Shown here: in pieces, positions 52,966 through 64,000 of the stretch
Layout: every line of letters begins with the position of its first letter
How positions within the stretch are numbered: the first letter of the stretch is position 1
NCBI RefSeq assembly: GCF_902459465.1
Contig: NC_047072.1
Span: 15,810,001 to 15,874,000, forward strand
Direction of reading: 5' to 3'
Length of the DNA stretch: 64,000 nucleotides
From: Asterias rubens
Lineage: Eukaryota
Notes under the pieces: model-generated
What the model was told of the DNA's origin: nothing
Seen by the model: only the letters and a program-made list of their open reading frames with translations
Databases searched by the model: none
Program-made: the position numbers and the translations under genes

Positions 52966-54844
52966 CTGTAAATTCAAACGAAAAGACAAGAATTTAACCC
53001 AAGACCAAATTAAAAATGTGACCTCTGACCAGTAGATTCCAAATATCATAGACATCGACCTCTCATACTCAACTTTGTCCTGGATTAGTGTCTTGCAGAA
53101 ATGAAACACTTGAAGGTCCCTTTCGATACCACGGCTTGCGCTTAGGCTACAGCTTAGGTGCTGTTTGATATTTTTATTAAAAGCGTTTATTTTCAAAATA
53201 CCTAGTGGAGCCTTGATAGCTGAAAGTTGAAACCATCTAGCCGTATTTTTGAAAAGGGACATGGTGAATTTGAGCCAAATTGTTACCATGGATGACAATT
53301 TTTACCTGCTTGCTCTTTTTTGTGACTTTCTCTCCGTTCACCCGCAATCTCGTACTAAGAAATGCATCTTCAACACTCCTTTAAACAATGAGGACAAACA
53401 GAATATTAGTGTTTTGTTTATTATGAAAAAGAAAAATAGATTTTTATGAGTTTAAGTTGGGAGGAGGGTGGTTTTCAAGGCTTGAAACAAAGAAAAATGT
53501 TTCATCTTAAAAGACGTTCCTATAGTTACTGCAATAACTGATGGCGTGGAATCATCCTAACTATAGATCTTATGCACATGACGTCATTTCAGTACGGTGC
53601 CCTCGCCTTGAGGTCAAAAGGAGGTTGTTCATTGGCCAATCTATGTGCGTTTCGATTGTTTCGTCACCGTTTGACCTCAAAGATGGCGGCTGGATGACGT
53701 CAATGCAAATAAGGTCTATTGGGACATTTCCATAGTTGGGCAGAACATCACGTTTGCTGTTACCTTCCCTGTTCATTATGTAATAACTGATGTGGATTGA
53801 CTCATCATAAATGTACATTATGATTTTTATAACAAAATGAGGTTTACTGTTCGTTGGGTGGCCTCAATCACATCCTTCATGGTAATTATTAAAATAGCTA
53901 GTAATTTGCAATGGTCTAAGGGCCAATCTCGCGATTTTATTATTATTATTATTATTATTACTGGTTTATTGTAAAAACATCTGCTTGTCGCAGTCCAGAG
54001 ACTGAATTAAAATACAGATATACATTTTTATATAAATTTTTTAAAAAGCACAGGAGAAAATTTATACACAAGAAAAATTTAAAAGCGAAACCCACCATCC
54101 TCCCGACAGTCAGAGGATTTTATCTCAACTAGGACCAATACATATTTTTGAACACATCCAAAGCTCTAAGACTAAGTAGAGTAGATTTGGAACATCTCAA
54201 ACTACATACTTCCTTGAGATCCCAAGCCCAGCACCAAGTACAGCATCAAGTCTCAATGATGGAACAAACTGACGTAAATCCTTCCAATCTTTGACCTCCT
54301 CATCCTCTACCTCCATCTTCCCATCCGTCTCTGGATCCCAATCTCTCTCATCCTCAGGGACAATATCATCATCACTTTCATCATCATCCGTTAGTTCATC
54401 TTGTTGTCTTCGTTCTTTCTTCCCTTTTGTCTTTTTACCTCTAGTACTAGTAGATGATGCAAACCCACGAACGCTTTGATAGTTTGTTACCAAAAGTGAG
54501 AATCCATCAGGCCACAGACGTCCATGTCTTGAAGTTTGATTGAATGGTGATCTGATGTCCTTGAAAGCTGTTGATAGTGATGAGATGCTCCTCCCACTGT
54601 CAGCATCTTTGTTTCCATGGTGACAGTTTACATTAGTCAAGTTTCTGTTCATTGTCACTGTGCTTGCTGGATATGTTGTTCTAGCGAAGCTAGATTTTGA
54701 AGCAGACCGACACTGAATCAGCTTAGATCTTGCCCAATAAACCGGGGATTTACCTCTTAAATCATGGTTACTAACATTAAAGCAACGCAGATTAATTTGT
54801 CCATGTTTTAATAATGTAAATCTGTACATAATTTGAGAAAACAT
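52771..54844 (-). CDS. MTRES1: Mitochondrial transcription rescue factor 1 (C6orf203)-like protein, S4-like RNA-binding domain, 300 aa; exons 54844-54210, 53378-53306, 52965-52771
   Basis: The spliced frame is continuous (635+73+195=903 nt). Sequence SLRLDAVLGAGLGISRKSVEDAFLSTRLRVNGEKVTKKSKQVKEGDILDL...VFLRRWKNL resembles my recollection of human MTRES1 (KVEDAFY..LRLN...VKVGDTLDL...VVLRRWKSL). The N-terminus is Arg/Ser-rich and presequence-like. Confidence 0.9.
53306..53378 (-). CDS. MTRES1: MTRES1-like exon 2 (SVEDAFLSTRLRVNGEKVTKKSKQ)
   Basis: tttaaag|G...CAG|gtaaaa on the minus strand; 73 nt restores the frame. Confidence 0.88.
53563..53720. mobile_element. Approximately 158-bp MITE-like repeat in MTRES1 intron 1
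   Basis: Imperfect TIR atagatctta..tgacgtca / tgacgtca..taaggtctat; second copy at 50506. Confidence 0.65.
54210..54844 (-). CDS. MTRES1: MTRES1-like exon 1
   Basis: ATG at 54844; donor AA|gtatgt on the minus strand. Confidence 0.88.
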
Positions 54845-55096
54845 GCTACTACTTTTGCGGATGAAAATAATCTTGTCAGGTCACAATAGCTCTAACTTCA
54901 TAAACTTAATCCAAGTCGGGCACTCTCTACTTAATCTGAATCACCGTACTACGCAGCACTTTGGAGCGGGGCAAGTTGGAAACTCAACCTGAAGCAAGTT
55001 TAGCACCCACATGGAATACACTGGTACCATGCATTGCAGCATTATGTACAATGTAATGTTCCAAGTTACCAGTTCAGTTTTACCGGGAGTTTAAAA
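54845..55096. promoter_or_regulatory. Probable bidirectional promoter and 5'UTRs shared by MTRES1-like and Mis18
   Basis: Divergent ATGs are 252 bp apart; a YY1-like AAAATGGCGG overlaps the Mis18 ATG. Confidence 0.7.
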
Positions 55097-55283
55097 ATGG
55101 CGGAACGCATTGGTGCAGTTTCTCAGGTTGTTGTTGAAAACGACGAAGATGTTGATGATTTAGAACAAGGTGAACCTGAAGATGAGTCGGTGATTCTCCA
55201 GTGCAAGAACTGCAACACAATAGTCGGAGACTCCATGTCATGGGTGTATGCAAACGATGATTTAAAGACTGTAACTTTGCACA
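55097..55283 (+). CDS. MIS18A: Mis18 exon 1
   Basis: aaaATGG start; CKNC; CACA|gtgagt. Confidence 0.87.
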
Positions 55284-58200
55284 GTGAGTATTGCCATTTT
55301 TTGATCTCTCGACAATGAACTTGATGTATTGTTGGTCAGTGATCTCAGTGTAGTGAGTATAGATGAGGGACGACACGTGTATTTATGTTTTTACCTTAAA
55401 AAATTGAGGAAGCAGAGCTTTACTGACATATTCCTTGTAATTAAGTTGTAACTTGTAGTCGGAATTTCAAGAAGGTGGGGGTCGGGGGGGGGGGGGGGGG
55501 GTTGACAATTGTACTTTGTAGAGATTTCTCCTTTTTTTATGGATTAATTTGTAAAATTAAAATTGAAATTTGACGTCTCCCATAGCCACGTCCTGAACTG
55601 ACTTGCTTGTAAGCACTTCCTTGCATTGATCACTAGGCCCCTCTAGTGGCGAGTAGACTTGATTTCAAGTCTGAGAACACTGCGGTTATTTCTCTGCAAT
55701 TCCCCGCAGATTTTTGATAGAGTATCACACAGTGACACACTCTAACTCGCAATCGTAGGCTAATGCCGGAGGTTTATGCACAAGAGGGCGCTGTTTCAGC
55801 TGATGTATCATAATGCTTATTGCAGCAATGTACTCAAAGCCATGCGCACATGACTCCATGAGCTCATACCATCAATTGGAACATGATGATCACATTGCCA
55901 GTGCAGAACTTCGACCTATTTTCGGAATGAATTTCATCCATGGATACATTTGTTAAATGTGGACACGTTGAAAGTAAGTGTAGTGAGAAACACTAAGAAT
56001 ATATGAACGGAATTTCAACATCTCAAATCAGGTAAAAATAAAGAAGAAGCTTTTATTTATACCCAGGACATCAGTGCAGTGACACTGACTGAGTGATGTC
56101 CTACCAGGGCTAGGTGTCAGACCACACCCTCCGCACCTTCCAGTTTTTCATTCATTCATTATGAATTCAAATTAATATCTTATATTATATCATTATGGAA
56201 TATTAAGTTCTGACAAATTCACTTTTTGTAAATTTAGGTATCAAACAAGAAGTCTTTTATAATAATAAAAACTTTTTAAAATAACAGCCCTACTTACTAC
56301 ATTGTACATGTAAGTGCTTCTTGAACAAGTTGAAAGGTTTATCCTCATTCTTTTTTTAATTTAATTATTGTATGTTTTTCTCCATTGAGCTGTGTACATA
56401 TTGATGTTGATATTTATGAAGCAGGGGTCGATTTCACAAAGAGTTAGGACTCGTCTTATCTCGAGTTAGGACGAGTAACTTGTTCTAACTTAGGATTAAT
56501 CTTAAGGTCTGCATGCTACAGTGCATGGGTTGGGAATCGTCCTAAGTCCTAAGATAAGTCTGAGTTATGAAGAGTTTTGTGAAATCAACGGCTGGTGTGT
56601 TACACTGTTATAATTGCAGGTACAACTAATGCAGTTACAATGGGAAAGAAACTAATGACATCAACTACAGGAGGAATAGACCTTGGAAGGTGAGCTAATT
56701 AATCCTCTATCAGATAATTCCCTATAGTCTTTTAATCTCTGTTTGGAATGTCCCACTCTGTATAAAATATTGTTACATCATCTCATCCAAACTTTTACCA
56801 GTCTGCATACTTGTGTTATTTTATTTATTTATTTACTTATTTTAAATCTTCGGACATAATTCTTTATTAGCAGGGGCCGTCCAGGGTAAGGCAAACGTTT
56901 TAAAAACTGTCATCAAAGCGAGGTGTCCTCCCAGACCCCTCCAACAAAAAACATTAATGTTACAAAAATACAGAAAATAAAAGCATGATTTTTACTTGCA
57001 CAAAATACTGTGTGTACTATTTATGGTTGATTTTCATTCTGGATCTCTGTTGATTTGATTGCATTTTATTCTGTAATGTTTCCTCCTTGACTCTGATTGC
57101 TTTTTTCTGTATTATTTAGTTTGCTGTTCAGTTTCTTTCAGAATGTTTAATTGCTTTTTATTCTGTAGTACCTCGTCATTCTGTCTGCTATAATTGAGGT
57201 TTTTTTTCATTCTGTAGTGCCTTTGTACATTTTGATTGATTTTCATTCTGTAGGACCTGTCTACATTTTGATTGCTTTTCATTCTGTGGCATCTGTGCAC
57301 ACTTTGATTGCTTTTTATTTTGTAGTACCTCAGCCTGTGAACACTTGCTTTCCCTTCTGTAGCTGCTATAAATAACCTTTGCTTGGTTGTTATTTTGTAA
57401 TAGATGTGCATTTTGATTTCTTTCTTATTCTGTAGTATCTGGGTAGACTTTGATTGCTTTTCATTTTGTAGTACCTGTGTACACTTTGATTGCTTTTTAT
57501 TTTGTAGTACCTGAGTGCACTTGCTTTCCATTCCGTAGCTGCTATGTTTTTATTCTGTAATACCTGTGTACATTTTGATTGCTTTTTATTCTGTAGTACC
57601 TGGGTACACTTTGATTGCTTTTTATTCTGTAGTACCTGAATACACTTGCTTTTTATTCTGTAGCTGCTATAACTAACCTTTGATTGGTTTTTATTCTGTG
57701 TGTAGTACCTGTGTACATTTTGATTGCTTTTTATTCTGTAGTACCTGAATACACTTGCTTTTTATTCTGTAGCTGCTATAACTAACCTTTGATTGGTTTT
57801 TATTCTGTGTGTAGTACCTGTGTACATTTTGATTGCTTTTTATTCTGTAGTACCTGGGGACACTTTGATTGCTTTTTATTCTGTAGTACCTGAATACACT
57901 TGCCTTTCATTCTGTAGCTGCTATAACTAACCTTTGATTGGTTTTTAACATGTGTGTAATACCTGTGTATATTTTGATTGCTTTTGTAGTACTTGTGTAC
58001 ACTTTGATTGAATTTCATGTTGTGGTAACCACATGTACATTGCTTTTACCTATGTACACCTTAATGCTGTTCATGCTGTACATGTAGTACCTGTGTACAC
58101 TTTAGTTGGGTTTCATTTTGTTAACACATTGATGTTTGTGTTAGTACTTAAAACTTTGGTTGCTTTTCATTCTATAGTACCTACAGTTTTCATTGTGTTA

Positions 58201-60079
58201 TACCTATAGATGTACTTTTTATTCTGTAGTACCTATGTCCATCTAGTCTGCAAACACTGCAATGAGGTAGTTGGGAAAGTTTACAAGACAACATCTAGAC
58301 AGCTGGATAATTTACGTGATCTCTTCACATTCTCTGCACATCAGATAACAAGGTCAGACTAAACCATTCTTATTATTCATCACTTCATATACATCGTGTA
58401 ACTCCAGTTAAAAGTGTAATAAAGTAAACTAAAAATCTATTTCTTAGTTGTCCGTTTCCTTATCTTTAAAATCAACTACATGTAAAACACTATTCATTAA
58501 AAGAACCAGTATGTTACAGACTAGCCTCCATTTGAGTCATACAGAAACATGTATTGGTATTCAAGATGGTGGTATAATGAAATGGTGCCATTGTTTATGT
58601 TTTCAGTTATCAAGTTGGATCTAACGAGCAAACAGCTGATGTTGATCTTCAAAACCAGCGGAATCTACTGTCGCCAGAGTCCATCAAGGAAGAAATCTTA
58701 AAGGTAGTTTTGTTTTCTGGGTGTGTGATTTACCTTTAAATCTATCAACTATGTATAAACTCTGACGTTTTTTTATCGCAATGTGATGTTTGTTACAATT
58801 TGCATTACTATTGCAGTTATTGTTATTAAAACAAATTTTGACTTCTGCCTTTAATCTTTATGTTTTTCAGGAAAAACCTTCTGAATTTCTTCTTCCAAAT
58901 ATAATAACATTTATGCCTCATCCTTTTTGTATGAATTGTTTTGCTGCATTTATCATACCCATTATATCTGTGTATTTGTAGATCTGATACTTTACACTCA
59001 GGCAATAGGGGGCAGTTGCCTCCTGGCCCCTGCCTTGGTGCCCCTTGAAATGTTTGTACATTTACTTTATAATAGACGTGCCATTTACCAAAGAAACCAT
59101 GCCTTGCCCTTAACAACAAACTATCATGCCTGCGAGTTGTAAAAGTTGACCATTTCCAACTTATCAACTTTGATTGGAATTACCTATTTTCTGATATATT
59201 TATGAAAACGGTCTATTTGTTGATTGTCTATGTGTAAAGTGTTGCCTACAAAATTGAATATGCATTAATTTTTATTGAAAATAAAATTGTATCTTAATTG
59301 ATTTTAAGTACATATGTATATTGTTACAAACCTTCAGTTGTTTTACATGCTGGTATTGTGAACCTCACAGTATCTTTTTAGGTGGATTGATTTGTTGATG
59401 ATGATAAATATCATTTCATATGTATGTTATTCTTGCCCCTAAATTATCGAATTAAATTCATTGTTTGGCAAGCCTGTATGGATCATTGGCAAAGTGGTAT
59501 TTTCTTTGCATATTTGGGCCATGTTTACTGTGTTAATTGAGCGATAAACTTACAACGCGAGTCAAAATAATATGACATTTTAGACATAAATATTTCAAGG
59601 GATGTTTTCTACTATCATTATCATTAGACCATGTAAGTTTTATGTAAGTCTGTGATCTTCACAACTTGTTTCTAACCAATTCTGTAACGTTCTTTTAATA
59701 TGAGTTTTGTTTTGTTTATCATCAGATACAAGTAATGATATGTGCTCTGAATCAACGCATTGGTAATATTGAAAGCTCACTGGAGATAAAAGATGATGAT
59801 GAGATCCCAGATGAGGAACAAATCAAAGAGACGCCCAAAAACACCCAGCAGGGAGGTAGTTATACACCCCTAAACACTCACTCTGATGTAATTAAAGGTA
59901 CTGCAAGGGGTGATCAAACGCCTAGTCTACAAGACAAGGTGATCTCACATCATGGACAAGTTGGAACCAGTAGCCCAGTAGCTGTTCAGAATGGTAGGCA
60001 GTTTACTTCTGGCAAACGTTCAAAGGAACAAACCATGGCCTTAGGAAGTAAAGGGAATAAACGCTCACGTTACAAGTGA
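55097..60079 (+). CDS. MIS18A: Mis18 centromere-licensing protein (Yippee/Mis18 domain), 276 aa; exons 55097-55283, 56620-56689, 58230-58352, 58607-58703, 59726-60079
   Basis: Spliced length is 831 nt and in frame. Two CxxC motifs (CKNCNTIVGDS; CKHCNEVVGKVY), DNLRDLFTFS...SYQVGS, and a C-terminal amphipathic helix (IKEEILKIQVMICALNQRIGNIE). Alpha versus beta (OIP5) cannot be distinguished. Confidence 0.88.
56422..56594. mobile_element. MITE with imperfect TIRs in Mis18 intron 1
   Basis: caggggtcgatttcacaaag / ttttgtgaaatcaacggctg; internal ttaggac repeats. Confidence 0.7.
56620..56689 (+). CDS. MIS18A: Mis18 exon 2 (TTNAVTMGKKLMTSTTGGIDLG)
   Basis: ttgcag|GT...GGAAG|gtgagc; phase 1 to phase 2. 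Confidence 0.82.
57040..58235 (+). repeat. Degenerate approximately 36-bp repeat of the Mis18 exon 3 acceptor (15 or more copies)
   Basis: ttgattgctttttattctgtag|tacct recurs throughout; the last copy is the real acceptor at 58229/58230. Confidence 0.88.
58230..58352 (+). CDS. MIS18A: Mis18 exon 3 (TYVHLVCKHCNEVVGKVYKTTSRQLDNLRDLFTFSAHQIT)
   Basis: ctgtag|T...AAG|gtcaga; second CxxC. Confidence 0.88.
58607..58703 (+). CDS. MIS18A: Mis18 exon 4 (YQVGSNEQ...SIKEEILK)
   Basis: tttcag|T...AAG|gtagtt. Confidence 0.84.
59726..60079 (+). CDS. MIS18A: Mis18 exon 5 (IQVMICALNQRIGNIESSL...KRSRYK*)
   Basis: atcag|ATA...TGA; continues the C-terminal helix in frame. Confidence 0.8.
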   Translation: MQVMICALNQRIGNIESSLEIKDDDEIPDEEQIKETPKNTQQGGSYTPLNTHSDVIKGTARGDQTPSLQDKVISHHGQVGTSSPVAVQNGRQFTSGKRSKEQTMALGSKGNKRSRYK

Positions 60080-62236
60080 TGTCTGACTGCCAAACTAATC
60101 CTCTGACTTGGGATTACTTTGCTGAACTTAAGTTTAGTCACCAGTGGTTTGTGTTGTCTTATACCATTATGTTGGCTGGAGAAGTATGCCTGTAAGACAA
60201 AATGCCATGTTGACCATGGAAGAAGGGACAGTGTTTGAAAAGGGTGAAATCCCTGTCCCAAATGAACGACACTTGCCGACTGTTTTTAACCTTTTTGCAG
60301 TCCAGCATTTATAAACAAAACCTGTATATTGCACCAGGAACGTGATGGATTAGGGGTCCTGCTGGGATTGTTAAGGAGATTAACAGCTTATATTTAGAGT
60401 TAACCCTAGCCCTTGCAACAAACCCCTCAATAAACACCAAAGGCATAATGTACCTATGATTGGCCGAGAGTTGTGCGTGCCACGTATCATTGGTTCACCA
60501 CAGCGGCCTGTGCTGAAATATGTACTTTATGAAATGCAGCATTTTTGTTGTCTTGGTACCCTGAATCAAAGTAGTAATAGTGAATAGTGATTCTTATCGT
60601 ATTTGCAGGGACCTCCATTTGAATAACATTGGTTTGAATGACAGGGAACCATAATGGCTTTAAAAGTGACAGTCTATGCAGTCTTCATTCCAATATCATT
60701 TATTTTCTCTTTATCTCAACAAACATACTCAATATATCAACAGCTTTGTTTGTTATTAAGTTCCTAACAAGCAGAGAAGTACATTTGATCCACAAACTCC
60801 TTCGTAAAAACTTTAAAAATAGTATAAGCTGTTGCAGAAACTAATTAATGGCCTGTTTTTGTTACCCTACTAGTACAGTAGAGTCTTTTCTGAAGGCTAA
60901 ATGACAAAAAACATAAACAGGTATATCGGTGAAACAGAAACAGTCAAATTAATGAATTCTCTAGTGAACAAGCCTCCTAAACCCATCCTTTTTGTTACCC
61001 TACTTTTTGTTCATCCCCTGCTTTCTCATGTGAACACCAGTCATGCCAGTATACATGTTGTGCTGGTTACATTGTCATTTTAGCCTTCTAGAAAGACTCT
61101 GCTAGGATTGAAACGTCAGGCAATAAACTATTTTTTGCATCATAAATAGTTGATAAAAATGATACTCATTACACAAATAAATGTCCATATGGTTTACTCC
61201 TTGTCAAGGTTTCATTACAAATTGTCACATTACTATTATTTACAACACACAGTAGGTTTGAATAAACCACTTATAACTTCTACTCAGACTTTAAGATTTC
61301 TTTGTACTAACACAAATGACATAATTGAAGTGACAACCAGTAGTCCTAGCTCTTACCATAAAAACCCCACCCCACTTTGAATTGCCTTTTTATTTCACTT
61401 CCGCATTCCACACAGATTTTGTTCCTTGTGGCTCAACGCTACTTGTTGTTGAATCTTCATCATCCATTTCGTTGTTCAAAAGCTTTCTTATGATAAAAAC
61501 TTAAAATTCTGAGCAGAACTTCAAATGTCTTTGAAATATACAAAAAAAGTCAATTAATTAACATTTTCTTGATGGAAAAACTAGCTGAATGCAACTCCTA
61601 TGCGTTTCTGGTAATCAGTGGAGCCAGTTTGTGTGAAATGGGCTTGGCTTAGAGTGGAATTACGTCACATAGAATACTGTGTATTAATTTTGGTTTTTAC
61701 CCATACATCGATGTGTGTTCGCACTGAATACTGTGTGTTGGTAATCTCAACCCCTGTGATTTGATCTGACATTATCTAAATTATTTTCTGAACAGAAAAC
61801 TGACGGTGATAAACATATTCTAAATCTTACTTGACATATTGAAGGGTAGGGTTAATAGTTGTATAATAGTACATTGTGTAATTATGTTTCATGATTTGTA
61901 TTAGAGTTCACATGTTTTTATTTTAATTTATTCTTGTTCAAGTAGATCCTAAATTATTGTTTTGAGTTTATACTTGCTTCTAATCTAACATCTTTCTCTC
62001 AAAATTACTCTCTAATATGTTCTCTTGTTTTGGATATGTTCAACACCTCCATCCCAAAATCCAGGTTTGATTATTTGTTGCTTTAAAAAAAAAAAAATTG
62101 TGGTATGGATTTATTGATTGACATGATCATCACATCTTCTGGTTGCACAATATTGGGAGTCAATGCCCCTACATGTATGTGCTACATAGTGTAGTGCAAA
62201 ATCTATTCAGACAATTCAGTTTTAATTTTATCTTAA

Positions 62237-62629
62237 AGGAACACGTTGCCTTGGATCGGTCGATTTGGTCTTTGAAAAGCGTTCTGTAACCGTTTTTTTT
62301 ATAAAATGCATATGGGTAGACAGATGTTGTAAAAGTATAATAAATGCATGTTGTAAAATGTAAAAATACGCCTTGAAATTGCGGGGTTTTCCTTTTACCT
62401 CGTCGACTAACACGGTCGGCCATTTATGGGAGTCAAATTTTTGACTTCCATAAATGGCCGACTGTGTTAGTTTGCGACGTAAAAGGAAAACCGTGCAATT
62501 TTGAGTGATACTTGTGTGGATTATTGTATTCTACTTTTAAAACATCTTTCTAACCACATGCATTTCATAACAAACGGTTTCAAAGGCTTTTTATAGACCA
62601 ACTTGTCCGATCCAAGGCAACGTGTTCCT
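62237..62629. mobile_element. TTAA-flanked near-palindromic MITE (Kolobok-like)
   Basis: Perfect 23-bp TIR aggaacacgttgccttggatcgg, with TTAA on both sides. Confidence 0.9.
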
Positions 62630-64000
62630 TTAATGGCAGCTTGTTATGTTAAAATCGCTAACACGTGTACATAGGCCTGTTTTCAAACCATAGGCTCCAA
62701 CTCCGAATTGGGCTCCATTTGCCCCTTAATTTGAAACACGTGAAAGCACTGGGTGAAGGGATGCTGATTTTAGGGCGCAGTGTTTTTAGGTTTACCCGGA
62801 TGGTAGCCTTTTCTCCAGTCACTACTCTTAAAAGTTTCAAAGTTGTAGTCTGTTGGGAAATCTGTCAACGAAACACACAAATAATGATGTCAGAGATGTT
62901 TATTTTCAAATGAGACACAACAAAAGCGGTTCAGTTCTATTTTGAGAATAAAAAACTTGATTGCAGGACAATTCTATGAAGTCAATTTAAAAAGTTGAGT
63001 TAATAATAGAATATACGGTACAGAGAATCAACACACAATTTTAGGGGCGTAGAAAAAACACCTTATTTGATGTGATTTTCATCAAGGCATTTTTAAGGGC
63101 GGAAATATATTTTTTCTATAAGAACTTCATACCATAATATACATTGTTTGAATTCTTAGGTCTAGTAAAATAAATATTTATGATTATGTAAACAAAGTGG
63201 ATCAGTATATTGTAATTGTTGGGTCTATAACATGATTTGGTAAATGATTTCATTTGTAGGGATAAAAACGTCATACAGACACATTGAGAAAAACTAAGCA
63301 ATGATTTGAGCTCATTCGTTTTGATTCAGGCCTGATGCTTGAAACAGTTCTAGGTGAAATCCATGTCCAAGCAATACCAGCAACCATCATGGCGCACTGA
63401 CATTGAAGCTATGTGATACACTCGAAGTAAAGTAACCTGCCATAGTTTCATGTACACTACAGAATGGCATCCATAATGGTCCAGTGACTAGAGTAATGTT
63501 TCAGGGGTGGACTTGAGCACTACACAAGAAACAATTAGTGTTGTAGTTTTTATAATGATCCTGTACTGTAGCATACCTGACATGTAATCTATTCTGGGTA
63601 CAGCTATTGTAGCATGTTTCTTCATCAATCCAGTCCAAAATGTATTCAACACTGTAGGGTTAGCACTGTCTACACTTGAGGGGTTACAACAAGGTTTAGT
63701 AACACTGGATGTACTATCAACACTGTCCTCTTCAGTATGTGTGCTGTTTATGGGTACATGTAGCTCATCAGTAAAGAATGAACCCCATTGGTTGGACAGA
63801 AGGAATTCTCTCTCCAACTTGGATGGACCCTGCAGGGAGAATTCTCATTAGATTGCATATCAAAAGATCATCTAGAATCAGGGTTATGGGTTCAAATCCA
63901 ACCCGAGTAGGGATTCAGAAAGCACTGAGAATGCATAGTTTAGTTATCCCTAATACAATTATTCCAACTTGGACGGACCCTTCAGGGAGAATTATCATTA

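Noticed and set aside
57112-58018. Lys/Gln-rich minus-strand ORFs (SKCTQVLQNKKQ repeats)
   Set aside because: They are the antisense translation of the acceptor repeat in Mis18 intron 2.

Overview
Eukaryotic, AT-rich, intron-rich animal DNA. An invertebrate deuterostome such as a sea star is my impression from the repeat families, but this is unverified. There are three genes. (1) Seventeen + strand coding exons (4990-45383) of a p90 ribosomal S6 kinase (RSK/RPS6KA); its 5' exons were not found and are presumably upstream of the window. (2) A 3-exon MTRES1/C6orf203-like gene on the - strand (54844-52771, 300 aa). (3) A 5-exon Mis18 (Yippee-fold, MIS18A/OIP5-like) gene on the + strand (55097-60079, 276 aa), head-to-head with MTRES1, with 252 bp between the start codons. 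Roughly 16 kb of the 40 kb RSK span is tandem arrays, each with a different unit, alongside tRNA-derived SINEs, RTE and L2/CR1 LINE fragments and several MITE families. The most unusual pattern is that seven arrays or duplications are amplified exon-intron junctions. One RSK intron opens with 27 copies of its donor and closes with 44 copies of its acceptor, many carrying TACTAAC, and every extra site I checked leads to an in-frame stop. There is an assembly gap at 7382-7530. No CRISPR or prokaryotic features are present.
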